Assembly: GCA_973895155.1 (NCBI GenBank)
Contig: OZ316896.1
Span: forward strand, 23,642,600 to 23,706,599
DNA length: 64,000 nucleotides
From: Marsupella aquatica
Taxonomy: Eukaryota; Plantae; Marchantiophyta
Direction: 5' to 3'
Shown here piece after piece: positions 1 through 13,161 of this stretch (within the stretch, counting starts at the first letter, position 1; each line of letters begins with the position of its first letter). Position numbers and translations under genes: made by a program. The notes beneath the pieces were generated by a model, which saw nothing but the letters and a program-made list of their open reading frames with translations, was not told the origin of the DNA and did no database searches.

Positions 1-2511
1 ACTGGGTTCTCACCTTTTCCTGGGAATATCAATCAGGTTCATGTTCTGTCCTTTCTGTGAGACTGTAAATGACAATTCATCTGTGCGACAGTTGCATTGA
101 ATTGATTTCACTGAGGGTTTGTAGGATAAAAAGTTTGTATCTGGAGCCGCCATCACTATGTCGGACTTCTTCACTTCTTCTCGTCTTCACTTCCTAATTG
201 GGTATCAGTAAGTGCAAGGTATTATTTCATTAGGGTTCTTTTCCATTCCGAACGACATGCGCAGTGTGTACCTTCAATGGGTTAATTTTGATGCTTTTCA
301 TTACCTACACCATTGACCTGGGTCGATTGCTAATAGCAAGCTCCAGTGAGTGCTTGCCCTTCTAAATTGCTAAGGGATTGTGATGCACCTCAATTACACT
401 TCCCCGGATGACCTCAGCTTAAGTGCAACTCAAGCAGTTGGGCCTGGTTAAGTGAGCTGGTATATTTAAAATCTTCATGTTTACATTGTACTGATAATTG
501 TCTTGCTTTCTGAATCTAGCTAGTGCTGAAACTTGCTTCCTACCTTGAAGAACTCACAAAAACAAATGGGGCTATTGTAGAATTCGTCAATCCCAAGTGA
601 GTTATCTGTTCCCGCTCTCAAACTTTATTCTTGCTATGCAGTGGTCTAGTTATCTTAGTTATGCATAAATTGTGGATCAATATCATTAAATTTAATATTC
701 ATTGAGATAAGGTTATGCACAACAACAAGGTGCACCTTATGCTCCTGATCAAACCGTGTCCCGCAGATACAAGGATGGCAGTAAGACATCTTTCAAATCC
801 TCGACCAGGTTGGAATGTATGATGCAAGATTACCCGAGGACACTCCCACCATCAGCCAAAGTTGGGTTCACGGTAAGGTACTCGATAACCTTAGATTGGC
901 AGGGTGTGGAGCAAGTATGACATTAATCTCTATGGCACCTCTCATGATCCTTTGGGCAATTTTATTTAGCTACACGCAGCATAGTCATATAGACTAAGAA
1001 TATCTCCTTGACCAGATTGCTGATTATCGCTTCATTCTAGGTTCTGGACACATGGTTGGCCTATGCGCCAGTGAAGAACAACCCTGAGGATGCAGCAAGG
1101 GTGAGATTGTCGCTGGCTCTTGTCGAAGTAGTCTTCGAAGTTCTTCATTTGACAATGGGATGGGAATTGGATTTTGACCATTATGCGTGTGCACTCTTTC
1201 TGATATATGGATACGATTCACTGGGAAGAGTCAGAGAGTGTGTCGAAATCGATTTAATCTCTTATAGTTACAAATGGAGTCTCACGTCAATTACGTCACT
1301 AGCCCCAGGGTACCAGATCAGGTCTTGACAATCGGGTTACGCTTTCTTTCCGGTAACGTAGCCAACCATGGCCCTTAACTTTTGCGTCATAGTATATGTC
1401 GTTTCAGGGAGGGAGTAGGACGTAGCAGAGAGTCTGATGACTTGGATATAGTTTGGACTTCGTGCCTAGAATTGAATTGTGAAAAACCCTGCTTGTTTGG
1501 TAAGTAGGTACCATCTGGTAATCCTCCGCACAGTGCAACATCCGGAGAGATGGCAATCTATAAAGCAAATTGCCTCATCTTGCGACAGGTATTTTCATTG
1601 CTGAATTCAGTGGATATAGTGCAAGTCAGCATTTACTACTTTGGATAACCATGGAGATCCATGAGATCATGATAAACTTGTGCTCCTTGACTCCCTGAAA
1701 CAGAACAGCTGAGTCGTAGGCATGTGCATGTATTTATTTGTTCCTGACCCTAGATTGTTATCCATCGGCTTTGAAGGGCTTTCCTAAATATCTGGAATTA
1801 TAGTTCGACTGTAGCTGTAGTCCTTGGATACCTGCAAGGAGCCCTGATATATTTAAATGTCCTTGAATCTCAGAAGGTTCATTCTGAAGATCTAATGATG
1901 GTACTAATTGGTACGTACAGGCTGGTGCAAGTATTGAAGGCCCCAAACTACAGACCTTCAATGGCCAAGAGGTAGAGGTATGGCCGCGCATTGTCTGGAG
2001 TCCGAAATGGGCTCTCACATTCTCAGATGTAAAGACCAAAATAAAAGGTGGATGCCGTATCTCGCAAACCTCGACCCTTGTCCTTGATGGCGAGAATATC
2101 ATACTGGAAAACCTGGATCTGAATGGTGCCCTCATTATACGCGCTACCATGGGTTCTCAGGTAAGCATTTCTGGTCCAGAATCAGAGTGACGTTGTCAAT
2201 GACCATCTCAAGAAAGGATGCTATTACGTACACAAAATTAGCATGTACGCAGGCTAGAATACTACTGTCCAGTTGAAGCCCAGATTTATGCTTTTACAGC
2301 CCTCTCACCCATGCTTTTGACTACTGTGCAGGCAAAGATATCTGCGTTGCGAGTTGCCAACGATGGTTGGGACCTGGTTCCTGTGCACTACACAGACAAG
2401 AGTTTCCGAGAAGAAATTCGAACTCGGGGGTTTGAATTGGATCGACTTGGGCAACAAGTCATTTTTTTCGATCAAACAGGAGAATGCTCTATCCACAACG
2501 TGTCCATGTAA
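1..2511 (+). CDS. USP: UDP-sugar pyrophosphorylase, 3' part (5' end outside window); exons 1-36, 520-596, 767-872, 1041-1100, 1508-1588, 1921-2160, 2332-2511
   Basis: GT-AG exons join in frame: [12 protein letters not shown] / [26 protein letters not shown] / [35 protein letters not shown] / [20 protein letters not shown] / [18 protein letters not shown] / [17 protein letters not shown] / EEIRTRGF. These match plant USP motifs. Confidence 0.95.
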
Positions 2512-3524
2512 GGGATTGTGACTGTGCTAAATTTGAAGGCCACAAGCGGATGCGGCTTTACAAATGTATATGCCATGTGGAGGAACTTCCTGTGGCAGCA
2601 CCTTGACCCGAGTCTTCTGAGAACACTGGGTGTGCAACAGAAGGGTTGTTCAAATAAATGACTGCAAAAAGCAGTTTACTCCTAAAAATGAAAAGTATTT
2701 TTCCCACGAAGATAGGAGGATTAAGGTCGTAATAGTTTAAGGTGTTACATTCATTCATCATCGCTGGACTGTCAAGAGTGTAATAGATGGAGTAAACAAA
2801 AGTGAGCTATTGTTCACTGGTTCGTTTTCTGAAGACCTCTGTTCTACTGTTGTCCTGCTGTTCGTATCGAAAATTGACGATTTGAGGTGCACACGGGAAT
2901 GATTTCATTCGACAAATACTCGAAGATGGTAAAGTGTTAATTTTAACTACCTTAAGTTAGATCTATGCCCCCAATTCTAACTAAGCACAACCTTCAGTGC
3001 TGTAGTAAGTCCTTTTTTCTATTCGAAGGTTCTACACAAAACTTCTTTACATTAGCCATGGCACAAGAAGAAGGCTAGCAAGCTGCAAACGTCTACACTC
3101 CCATTCTCTGCATTGCCAGTATTTTTCCATGACTAGTCTCTGGAAAGAACGGCCTTTCAATGCGCTTTCCTATGATATCAATAATACAGAAATTTTCACA
3201 ACTTAACGTTCAAACCATGTGGTCAAAGACGGGACTCAAATCACAACAGAAAAGGAGTTGTGATGATGTCACTCTCGGGTCTTGTAGAGTGTGACAGAAC
3301 AAAAGAGACAAATTGTTGACTAGAAGAAAACCCATCATCTTGAGTATCACTTTGGTTGACTTTAAACTGAAGCCTCAGTTATATTGTTTATGTGTTTGTC
3401 TAACTCTAAGTTCAAATGCTAAACCATGGTTAGTTTGAAGCCCTTTGATGGTAAAACTAGGTTAATCTCAACCCCAGGCATGCTAATTGTGATTCCTTTT
3501 AAAACTATTGACTACAAAGGATGT

Positions 3525-3970
3525 CGCAGTCCATTGGGATTGTCATGTCTCTCACAGTCCATGTTGCTCCCTATACCGTTATCCAGCAAGTGTAAGAAAA
3601 GTCCTAGATGTGTCCCTTATATATCACAGGGCTCTACTCTACTCAGTTCAGGATGTTTAGTCCTCCCAGGAGGCTTATAAGACACTTGGCCCAACCCACA
3701 CGCCTACCAACCCTCCCCCACAGCCAATGAAGCTTCTCATCCTTTGTAGTCACAGTCCATCCCGATTGTCATGTTTCTACCCTAGGTCCATGGCGGTTTC
3801 ACTTTCCAACGTGCCCCCTATATCATAATCCAGCAAGTGTAATAAAAATACTAGATGTGCCTGAGTAATGACACTTGGCTCTACTCTACTCAGTTCAGGA
3901 CTTTGATTACCTAGGAGACTTATAAGCCCTTGGCCAAGCCCACACACACCAACCCTCCCCCACACCCAGT
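3525..3970. repeat. Diverged tandem duplication, two units of about 220-240 bp
   Basis: Both units share atccagcaagtgtaa, ctagatgtg, ggctctactctactcagttcagga and accaaccctccccca. Confidence 0.8.
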
Positions 3971-3995
3971 GCGAGGGGAGGGAGCTTGAACTTAA

Positions 3996-4313
3996 GGGTC
4001 GTCTTGCATGTGCAAGGTCCTATGTTTTCCGGCCCTCAGGTGAACCCGTGTCACTTCAAAATGCTGCGACAGTAAGGCAGTCCTGAAGGCATATTTTGTG
4101 GGGAAGCAAGGGCAAGGGCCGGAAATTTTCAGGCCCTTGAGGTCCCTAAGCTTCAAAATAGAATACAACAAAATTGCAGCCGGTACAACTGAATGGACGC
4201 GTCACGCGTATTGCATTCTTTGATTGAATTAAGATTCAGGTTGATACTTTTTCTCTATACTTGTGGGCTGGTTAGGGCCGCTTTTTTTAGGACTTGCACA
4301 TGCAAGACAGCCC
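3996..4313. mobile_element. PIF/Harbinger (Tourist-like) MITE
   Basis: Left TIR gggtcgtcttgcatgtgcaaggtccta; reverse complement of right end gggctgtcttgcatgtgcaagtccta; TAA on both flanks (3993-3995, 4314-4316). Confidence 0.85.
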
Positions 4314-7300
4314 TAAGACTTAGTGGGAAACCTTCTGTTCTGTAGTCAATGGGGCGAGCAATCTAGGTCTTCCTATTGCTCCGCTTCGTGTGAGTACGTA
4401 CTCTGGTGAGCAGAGAGTTTTGGGAGGCTTTCTTTTAGAGCACTCGGTTTTCTTCTCACTTACACCCTTGCAAGATTTTGTATTTTCTGTACTTTATAGA
4501 AGGGAATGCTTATCACAGGCAGTGCATGGGCATTCTGACATTTGCAGTAAATTCTTAATTTGCATGAAAATTGAGTTGGTCACCAACTTGTGCAAACAAA
4601 AGGAGAAAAAGAACCAGAAATAACATGAATGACACAGGGGTTTAAAGTTCACTCCTCTTTACCAGGAGATTATGGGCAATAATAGTCCATGAAAACTTGG
4701 GCTATACCATCTTTTTGCGGGGCATTGTAGGTCATAATGCCCTGGAAACAGGATATTGCTCTGCAGTGGATCGGTGCAATCTTGAAAGATTTTTCTTTTG
4801 AAGAAATTGGGTTTCCTTCTCCTGCAATCTTGGAATACTTCTCTTTCAGAAAGGTTGGGTTTCCTTCTCATGTCACACTTGGTATAAGACACTGTCGGCT
4901 CAGACTAGACATCAAATGCGGAACACTGATAGGACACTCAATCATACACTACACCGGAGAGACACCACGGGTGGAGAAACTCTGGAAGGATCCATAGACA
5001 GGTCATCAAGTTGCATTTTGGAACGGGTTTTGGAAATGCCCCAAGTACCTGTAGGGTTGGTGACAGCTGACATTTTCTTAAGCAGCTGGTCTGCATCCAC
5101 AATATGGGAGAGATGGAGTGGCGCAGATATATATTTATCATGCCTTCCAGTACACTGATCCAATTGACTTGCTTTCAATTGGGCTGAGATTCTAGCCGCA
5201 AGACGAGAAGCTCCATTCTTCTCTATGCAACATTGCTGAGACCTTGAGATGGCATGACACTGAGCAGAGGCTTAATTTCATGGGGATGTTTTCTTGGCAT
5301 TTCAGATCAAAGAGAACACCTGAAAACAATTGAGCTTTAAACCAACCAAAGTACTGACATTTATGCTTAGTAGGTTGAGGAATAAAAATGGGATTCCAAT
5401 GCATGTAAAGCCTCTGTAAGAGTCATACTAGTTGCATGGACAAGGTACCCATCCATCTGGGCATTTTCTGTGCCGTACCCAGAATAAATAATTACCCCAA
5501 GTACAATGAACGCTTGAGAGTATTGTGAACTTTGTAGTGTTGAGCTCCCATCCCACTTGGTTCCCTTATTTTCTCCACTTCATTGGGGTCCTGCTACTTT
5601 TGGGATCTCTTAGGGTATACGTGGCTCTTTTTGTTCTTGATTGTGATGTTATGATGTACTTAACCTCAACTCTGTTTTTCCTTGGTTGTGATGTTAAGAC
5701 ATTTTTATTATCAATAAGGTGGCAACTTAGTGACAGATATTTCTGGCATTTCCAACTACTCTGTTAGTGCATATCATTTAATGAATCACAACTGGTTCAA
5801 AGCACTTTCATTCCAGGACCTGAGTGGAAGAGTGATTGATGCTATGGATGAGCAAGATATGCATAAGATGGGAGGGCTTTGCTTTCTTGTTACATTGTAC
5901 CTGTGCTATTATGCATAAAGGTAGCTTAAATAACCTTAATTGGTTTCCCCTTTTAAATGGGATTTTATTCAAGAGATCATATTCCCAAACTTGTTTCCAC
6001 AGATTATACTGTCAGTGGCAACTTCACTTTCTGCTTAGGAAGTGTATACTTAGGTCTTTTTCACTTTTTATTACTCTTTCCATTATTGTTTTTAACCTTT
6101 ATTTACGGACCCCACTAGAGGTCCCTTCCCAAATTCGAGACTCCACAGCGCACCACATCAGCAACATCCGCATGAAACAAGATGCGTCATGTTTGCGCAT
6201 CGAATAACCTCCTCTCCATCTTGTTTACATCAATTTTTGTGTAATTTTATGGACGTCGTGCCGTCAAAACATAATGTAAGAATACTTAAAAGTAATTCAT
6301 TCAAACCTATTGATACAAAGGACAAGATTAAAAACATTCACCCATAATCGCTTTACTTACATTTATAAATTTCTTTTTATAAAAATAAATAGTGTTCAAC
6401 ATTAAAAGTAACCGTATTCCTGTAACCGCCCAAACAAAACCGCCGGAACAAAAGAAGCTAAGGACCCTCCTCCCTTAGCATCACGTGATTTGATAATGGC
6501 CTTCAGGTTGGGATCAGTGAGTAGTCATCTTAGTGACACTCCAAATGCAATGAGGAGCCTTTGAGAACAGGACCATTGTCTCTCAACTTTCAACCGATGA
6601 TCAGCCTTCCAAGAGATATGGAGAATTGAACTAGCTCTGCAAAATTGCTTCTTTGTCTTATAGATTTTGGTTGTACAGTAGGATATGTTGAAGCCAACAA
6701 ATTTTGGCATCCGTACCAAGCAAATAGATGGATTTGTGATGGATACGGGATTTCTCTTGTAAGTCCACAGGACGATCAACGAGGGCTTGTCATGAAGGAT
6801 TTCCTGAAGACAGGATGTGCATTCAAAACATTGGCAGCCTCATCGTTCAGCTCGTTGTGTCTCATTTTGTGACAAGCAGTTGGAGCGGGAGATGTCATAA
6901 GAAATTGTGGCTACGTGTCACGGAGCTGCCTGATCAGCTGCCTGATTCTTTGTCACGCCCGTCACTTCTTGCTTATCCTGTTCAGATCGAAGAGTCAAAG
7001 ATGGAAGCTTTTCTGAGATGAAGACATGGGATGTTTTTCAATTTGGATGGTGGTACTCACATAAGCTGGGCCTGCACAAGTAATAGTGCGTAGGCTCGGT
7101 CTTAGTCTGCAATTATAATGTTCCTTTGTTGTGGACCAATGGATAAGAAGCGCTATTGACCATACAATTCTTAATTGCGGAAGTTTTACAGAATTAGTTT
7201 GGAGACTTTGATAGAATTCTTCGGCCAACAAGGTAATCACAGGAGTCCAAAAGAGCATTAACTTTCAGAGTCGGACAACTACAATTGCACCAGGCCCGGG

Positions 7301-8695
7301 TGCACTTGTCTAGAGGATCGCTTGTTGTTTCTTACTGGGCTGTTTCCTACTTGCCTCTTATTGTAATGCATCTTCTATGTACTGCAATTTGAGACTTATT
7401 TCCCCTTTTCAAAAAGCTTTGCACAAAACTACAATGTTCAGTTATCAAATCAAAGGAGAGCAACACAAAATTTAAAAAGCTCTGGACAAACAGGTTTACT
7501 TGTGTCTGAGGTGTGTATGTGTCCAGTGAACGTGATGGAAACATTTTGACATTCTTAGCTTTTCAAAAATTTAGCTAATGTCACAAAACAAAACCTATTT
7601 TGATAGCACAATGTTGTACAATTTTTGGCAGTCCACCACCCAGCGAGATAGTAACTTCTAATAATATTAGCTTTATCTCAGTAGTATCTCTATAATTGTA
7701 ACTGCATGCCTATAGAGTCACGGCTAGCAGTTTCACTCTGGCAATTGGCAGGGTTTCTAGTATCCCAGTCCTTTTGGCTGAAAAAATTCATATCTTTGTT
7801 CAAAGAAAAAACAAATTTAAACACATTCCTTGGATCAACAAGGGGTCCACGGACTAATTGATGGGGTCCATGTCCCAAAACCAATCTTAATCTCTTCCCA
7901 GGCTGTGTGTATGTGAATAAGCCAAACTTTGGTATGTACATAAGTTGTTTTCATTTTATGTATATTTTATTTATAGTTCCGTTGTGGTTCAAAGGACGTG
8001 CTCAAGTCAGTGTTGGGAGGTCCAAAGAAGGAAGGAGTACGCACATTTGTGTCCCCTTTCCCTCTCTCACACTTGAAGGGGTCCTCATACTTTTTTACTT
8101 TCCTATTTTTCCTTCCCCCTTCCTCACGCCAAGGAGGAGGGGATTTTTAAACTTTCCCCTTCCTCACACCAAGGAGGAAGGGATTCCCACACTTTTGGCC
8201 AAAACGGAGCTAAGGTGATGAAGATATGTTCAGTTGAGTTTTTATGAGAATTACATACTAACTTGGGCAATACAGACGTCCGTACAACAAAGGGGAAGGG
8301 GATCCCGGTTCTCAAGAGATTTATGCGACCTTGGCTATTTCAAGTTAGTTCAGAAAGGATTTAATTATTTGCGGCAAGAAAACTATTTCTGTTCCTCTAT
8401 GGGTGGTGTTGTGCAATGGTTAGAAATAGTCAATATGGTAAACCAAGACCCAAAGGTCTTAAGGCCATGAGTTTTGGTCCTAAGGTCTTGTGGTCTTAAG
8501 TTCCCAGTACTATCTGCCCGCCTCCATGCCTCTGTTTTTCTGATTTTACCCCCTAGCCCTCAGCTTGTCTAGGCAGCCAAGAGAACGAGAATAAGAGGCC
8601 AAAAAATACCTTACTTTTTCTTTGGAACTATTTGCTTTAGCCTGATGGTTTACAGGTGCAGAACCCTTCTATCCATCCTACTAAAGCAATCCATG

Positions 8696-9100
8696 ACAAC
8701 CATTTGGGTCATATTAAATTCTTTCTATGGGCAACCATTTGGGTCATATTAAATTCTTTCTACAATGCCCATAGATGAAGTGCATCATTAGGGGGTCTCA
8801 AACCTCAAAATTTGATGGACCTTAATTTAGTTAAGGTTACTAACAGAAGTGTTAAACTAACAAATTCTTAGTCCATAACTTTTTGCTATAAAGATTGTCA
8901 TATGCAATGACTACCAAATTCATATTACATAACTTTTGTGCTATAAAGATTGTCATATGCCACTACCAATAGTAACTGTAGAGGCTAGTGAAAAAAAACA
9001 AAAAATACTTTTACACAACCCTGTGAAAAAGGTATGTACAGTTGATTATGGCCAAAAGCTATCATCCCCTATGTACAGTTGATTATGGCCAAAAGCTATC
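8696..9100. repeat. Three short local tandem duplications (about 30-35 bp each) upstream of the NAC gene
   Basis: caaccatttgggtcatattaaattctttcta x2; cataactttt(g)tgctataaagattgtcatatgc x2; tatgtacagttgattatggccaaaagctatc x2. Confidence 0.85.
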
Positions 9101-9267
9101 GCCCCCTACCGAAAATGGCACAAACGAGACGTGCACCCCAAGTTAGCCTGACCTGGTTTCTCCGTTGACCGTGCCAGAACCGTAATAAATAATGATAATT
9201 ATCATCTTCTGCTTTGGTCCACCCTCGACAATAATATTTGTTTTCACGCCGCCAATCCTTTTCGCGC

Positions 9268-9786
9268 CCTCTCCTCTCCTCTCCTCTCCTCTCCTCGTAA
9301 TCGTCCTTTCATTCTTCTTTCATCATTCCCTGCGCAAGCGGCTTCGGATTTCTGCGCTCCTTCCGTCCACGGGAGTGATCGTGTAGTTGAGTCTGAGGGC
9401 ACGTTTTTTGCCTCGGATTTGGAGTTTCATTTTACCGATTTGGAGTCGGTTCGCCGAGAAGCTTGGGGACCTTCCACATCGCAGGAACAGACGGATTGCT
9501 CGGTGGCAAGCTGCAAATTGGTCAGGAAAGGATCGTCGAACGAACTGGGGCAGGCAGGAATCGAGCTCGAACGAAGGGGCACCTTAGAGTGGAGCATAGG
9601 ATTTGTATTTTCCGGAGCAGCGGGTGACTGAAATCTTTACATTGCTCGCAATTTGGATCTAAGCTGATTGACGCATCGATCTGGGAAGCAACGCCAGTTA
9701 TTCCTGCAAACCCACCTCTTGAATTGACACTCCAAGGGAAGCGTAGTACACCGTAGGCTGACTGCTTACTCCCGGACGAAGTAGTC
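9268..9786 (+). promoter_or_regulatory. (CTCCT)n Y-patch followed by a long ATG-free 5' leader of the NAC gene
   Basis: CTCCT repeats at 9268-9296; no ATG seen between 9195 and the start codon at 9787. TSS position is inferred. Confidence 0.55.
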
Positions 9787-12700
9787 ATGGCTCTTCCCCC
9801 TGGCTTCAGGTTTCACCCCACGGATGAGGAGCTGGTCGCATACTATCTGAAGAGGAAGGTTGCAGGCCGCACCATCGAATTTAATATCATTCCCGAGATT
9901 GATTTATACAAGCAAGAACCATGGGATTTAGCAGGTATGCATGCACAGGGCTTATTTGCTTTGCCGATCTCGACTATGTTGCTTTCGCTCTTGATAAGTA
10001 TCCCGATCCTGTATTGCCAGTGACGACGACTGACTAGTTCTTTGCCTTGCTTGCTTGCCTTTTCGCAGAGAAATCCTTCCTACCTGGTAGTGACATGGAG
10101 TGGTACTTTTTCTGTCCCCGAGATAAGAAGTATCCCAATGGCTTGCGCACTAATCGAGCGACGGAAGCTGGGTACTGGAAAGCAACAGGGAAGGACAGGA
10201 ATGTGAAGAAGGCTGGTCGGATCGTAGGAATGAAGAAGACTCTAGTGTTTTACCGAGGAAGAGCGCCTCATGGAGAGAGAACGGATTGGGTCATGCACGA
10301 ATATAGGATGGATGAGGAGGAGTGTGAGAAAGTGCACGCGTCGCAGGTATGACATGTTTTGGATGTTATCGTACTTGTTCCTTCCGTTCGTGTTTGACTC
10401 TGTGTAGCTTCTTTCAATTTTTCCTTCTCAGAATTTCCTTCGGTCTTCAGATTATGGGCCTTCAGCTCCCGAGCCTTCTTATCTTGGGCAATTAGTGCAT
10501 ATTTACATATCATTTCGCTCTTGTAGACCGAGATCTTCATTGTGGATTGCTTCTGCAGGACTTGTTCGTCTTGTGCCGTGTTTTCAAAAAGAGTGGGGTT
10601 GGGCCTAGAAGTGGGGAGGATCGGGGTCCTCAGACTTATGTCGATGACGACATCGACAAGGAGCCGTCCGGCTCTTTCGCGGAGGCTGTGAAGAAGGCTT
10701 TGGAACCAGCATCCGCACCTGCCCTTCCAACGCCTGAGGCAGCTCCGATCGAATCTCCCCAGGTTGCTCCTCTTGGAAACAACGCAGTATCGGGTTCTAC
10801 CCTCTCCATCAACGACTATGCAGCTGGTGAGGAGGCCGGGGATGTCATTGATATGCCTACTGTGGTACCTTTGGACGATTACATCTTGGATGAGCCTACT
10901 ACCTTCGCGCAGGTACTTACTTTTGTATATCTTTCAAGATTTCGCGAGGGCGTTCGGTCCTCTGAGATGTGTGAATTGGTTCTTATTATTTCGTTGGAGC
11001 ATCCGATTATCGAGGCACGTACAGTAGCCGGGACAGTAGCTCATGTAAGTCATTTCTTGTGCTCGTCTGTGAAAAGCTGTCTAACATGCATTTGTATCTG
11101 AATTCTGCAGAGTGAGGAGGATGGTCCATTTTGGGACTGTTTCCCTTCAGTGACCGCAGAATTGGATCTTCAATCTGGCGCTGCGGATAGTTCCGCTCAC
11201 CAGGTTTCCTCTTCCGAGCTCTTTGCGGCTTGGGAAGGGGATAGGGAGACCGACGCTCACAGTGACATGATGTGGAACCTCGACCTGGGCAGTTCTGCTC
11301 CTCAGCCACAACATCCGCAGCAGGAGCCCAACGAAGGAGCCGGGTATTTGCTACAGTTGGAACTTCTCGAAGCAGATGATGTCTTGCCTCCGCTGGTGGA
11401 GGAACTGGAATCGAACAATCTGCCGAGCGATTCGGAGGGCAGGGTTGCTGTTCCAAACTTTGGTGAGAATGTAAACCAGCAGCTCCGTGGCCGCGGGTCT
11501 GCCAGAGCTCGCTTGCGAGCAGCGCGTCAGCAGCCGACTGCTGAAGAAGCTCAGCAGTGCACTCGCAGCAGCAATGACGGCCTCTACAGCTCGGAAGCAA
11601 GACCTCCGCAACGGATGTCTATCACGAACTTCAGGGGTCCTGAGGTGAGTGATATGATGACATCTTTGCTGATGGCGCTCACATCGAAAATGTGATGGTG
11701 TACGAGACAGAGGGATCGGTGGAGAATATCTGGTTGTGTTGTAGCCCATCGTCGCAAAGCCAAACAGGCAATAGCCCATGCATGTATTGGGAAAAATTAT
11801 ATCTGAGAGACTGTAGACTGAATTTGGTAGAGACACTCTCCAGAATATAATGATCCGAAGCTTGAGATATACCGAATGAATGTGACCATTCGATCTAATA
11901 CAAGAACAACCTTCAGCAGTTCTAAAACCTACGAACCAATTATCGAAATAAGATAGGTTAGTTAACTCTAACTGGAGTCAACTTTCTAAATACAGGTTCT
12001 CAGAAATGCTTCATAAATTGATACTCTTTCAGAGAAATTCTATTTAGGAAGCAGAATCGCGAAATAGCCTTCTTTAAATACAAAGTTACTAGCATTTAAC
12101 ATGGTGCTGCTTGACGGGTAGCCCTCAACCGCGCGCCGCTGTCCTCGAACCTGACGATCACTTGTGTATACAGTATAAACGACTTTGATGTTCATCAAGC
12201 AAACGATCATTCTTGAAAGTATTGTAAAGTGTGGCTGGATCTCGCTTGGCATTCTCTGCAGGTCCCATCTCAAGAAAGGGAGGACAGCCCCAGCTCGAAT
12301 GTGGCGACGTCAGCTCCTACAGGATCCTTCTCCAACCACCTTGAGACCAGTCAACCGCCATCTTCATCAGACCTCGCGTCTTCGGCTTTTGCCGCTGGTT
12401 CTGGTATTTCTGGGGTCCCGTCCAGTGAAGATACCCTGTTTTCTTTTCAAGACAGTTTTTTCGACTTTCCACTCGACGATGAATTGATGAATATGGCGTC
12501 AGAGTACGAGGAGAGCGACTTCGGTCATTCTGCTCCCCCTAGGTTTGCCGGGGACCAGGGAAGTTCTGAAGTCAATATACCTCAAACTGATAAGCCGGTG
12601 AAGTATTCTCAGTCCAGCGTTTCTGAGGGCCCCCCAACATTTTCTTCGCCACTCCAGGAAGGGCCTTCGGAAGATTCTAAACCTGTGTCCAAGCCTTTGG

Positions 12701-13161
12701 CAGGGTTGATGAAGCTCTTAGGATCCCTGCCAGCACTGCCTGCGTCTGCTGCGGAGTGTGCACCTGACATGAAGCCTTTGCAAACAAATGGAGAGGCCGC
12801 ATCTTCGTACAGCTCCATTCACTTGAGTGCCGTGACAGTTACGTGTACTTCCTCAGCTGACGGTGCTCGAAAGGTGCAAGCGGCTGTCACCGATTGCCGG
12901 TTGCAAGGTGATGGCAAAGGAGTGTACCAACAGGTTGTGGCAGGTGCATGGCAAAGACAGGCGAGCGAGGCGTCGAAACCTGTTTGTGCCAATTGCGATA
13001 CTGCCGTAGGAAGTGTTGCACTACAGCGAAGAGTGGCTCGTGGTTCCAACAGTGGCTTTGTTTTTGTATTTGTGCTGGGTGCTGTGTCAGCTCTGTGCTG
13101 GTTTTTGCTGATCCGCGTAATGTGGAGATTAGCTAGCCATGTGGTCACTGCTGTATTTTAA
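9787..13161 (+). CDS. Membrane-tethered NAC transcription factor (NTL type, ANAC017/078-like); exons 9787-9934, 10069-10346, 10560-10912, 11111-11644, 12262-13161
   Basis: NAM motifs [74 protein letters not shown]; acidic middle; [13 protein letters not shown] motif; C-terminal hydrophobic helix [20 protein letters not shown]. Confidence 0.93.

Noticed and set aside
4003-4016. NAC/MDM binding site CTTG..CAAG in the MITE TIR
   Set aside because: Spacing is N6, not the N5 of CTTGN5CAMG.
11007-11836. Antisense ORFs of 197 and 161 aa
   Set aside because: Shadows of the GC-rich NAC exon 4; no recognisable motifs.
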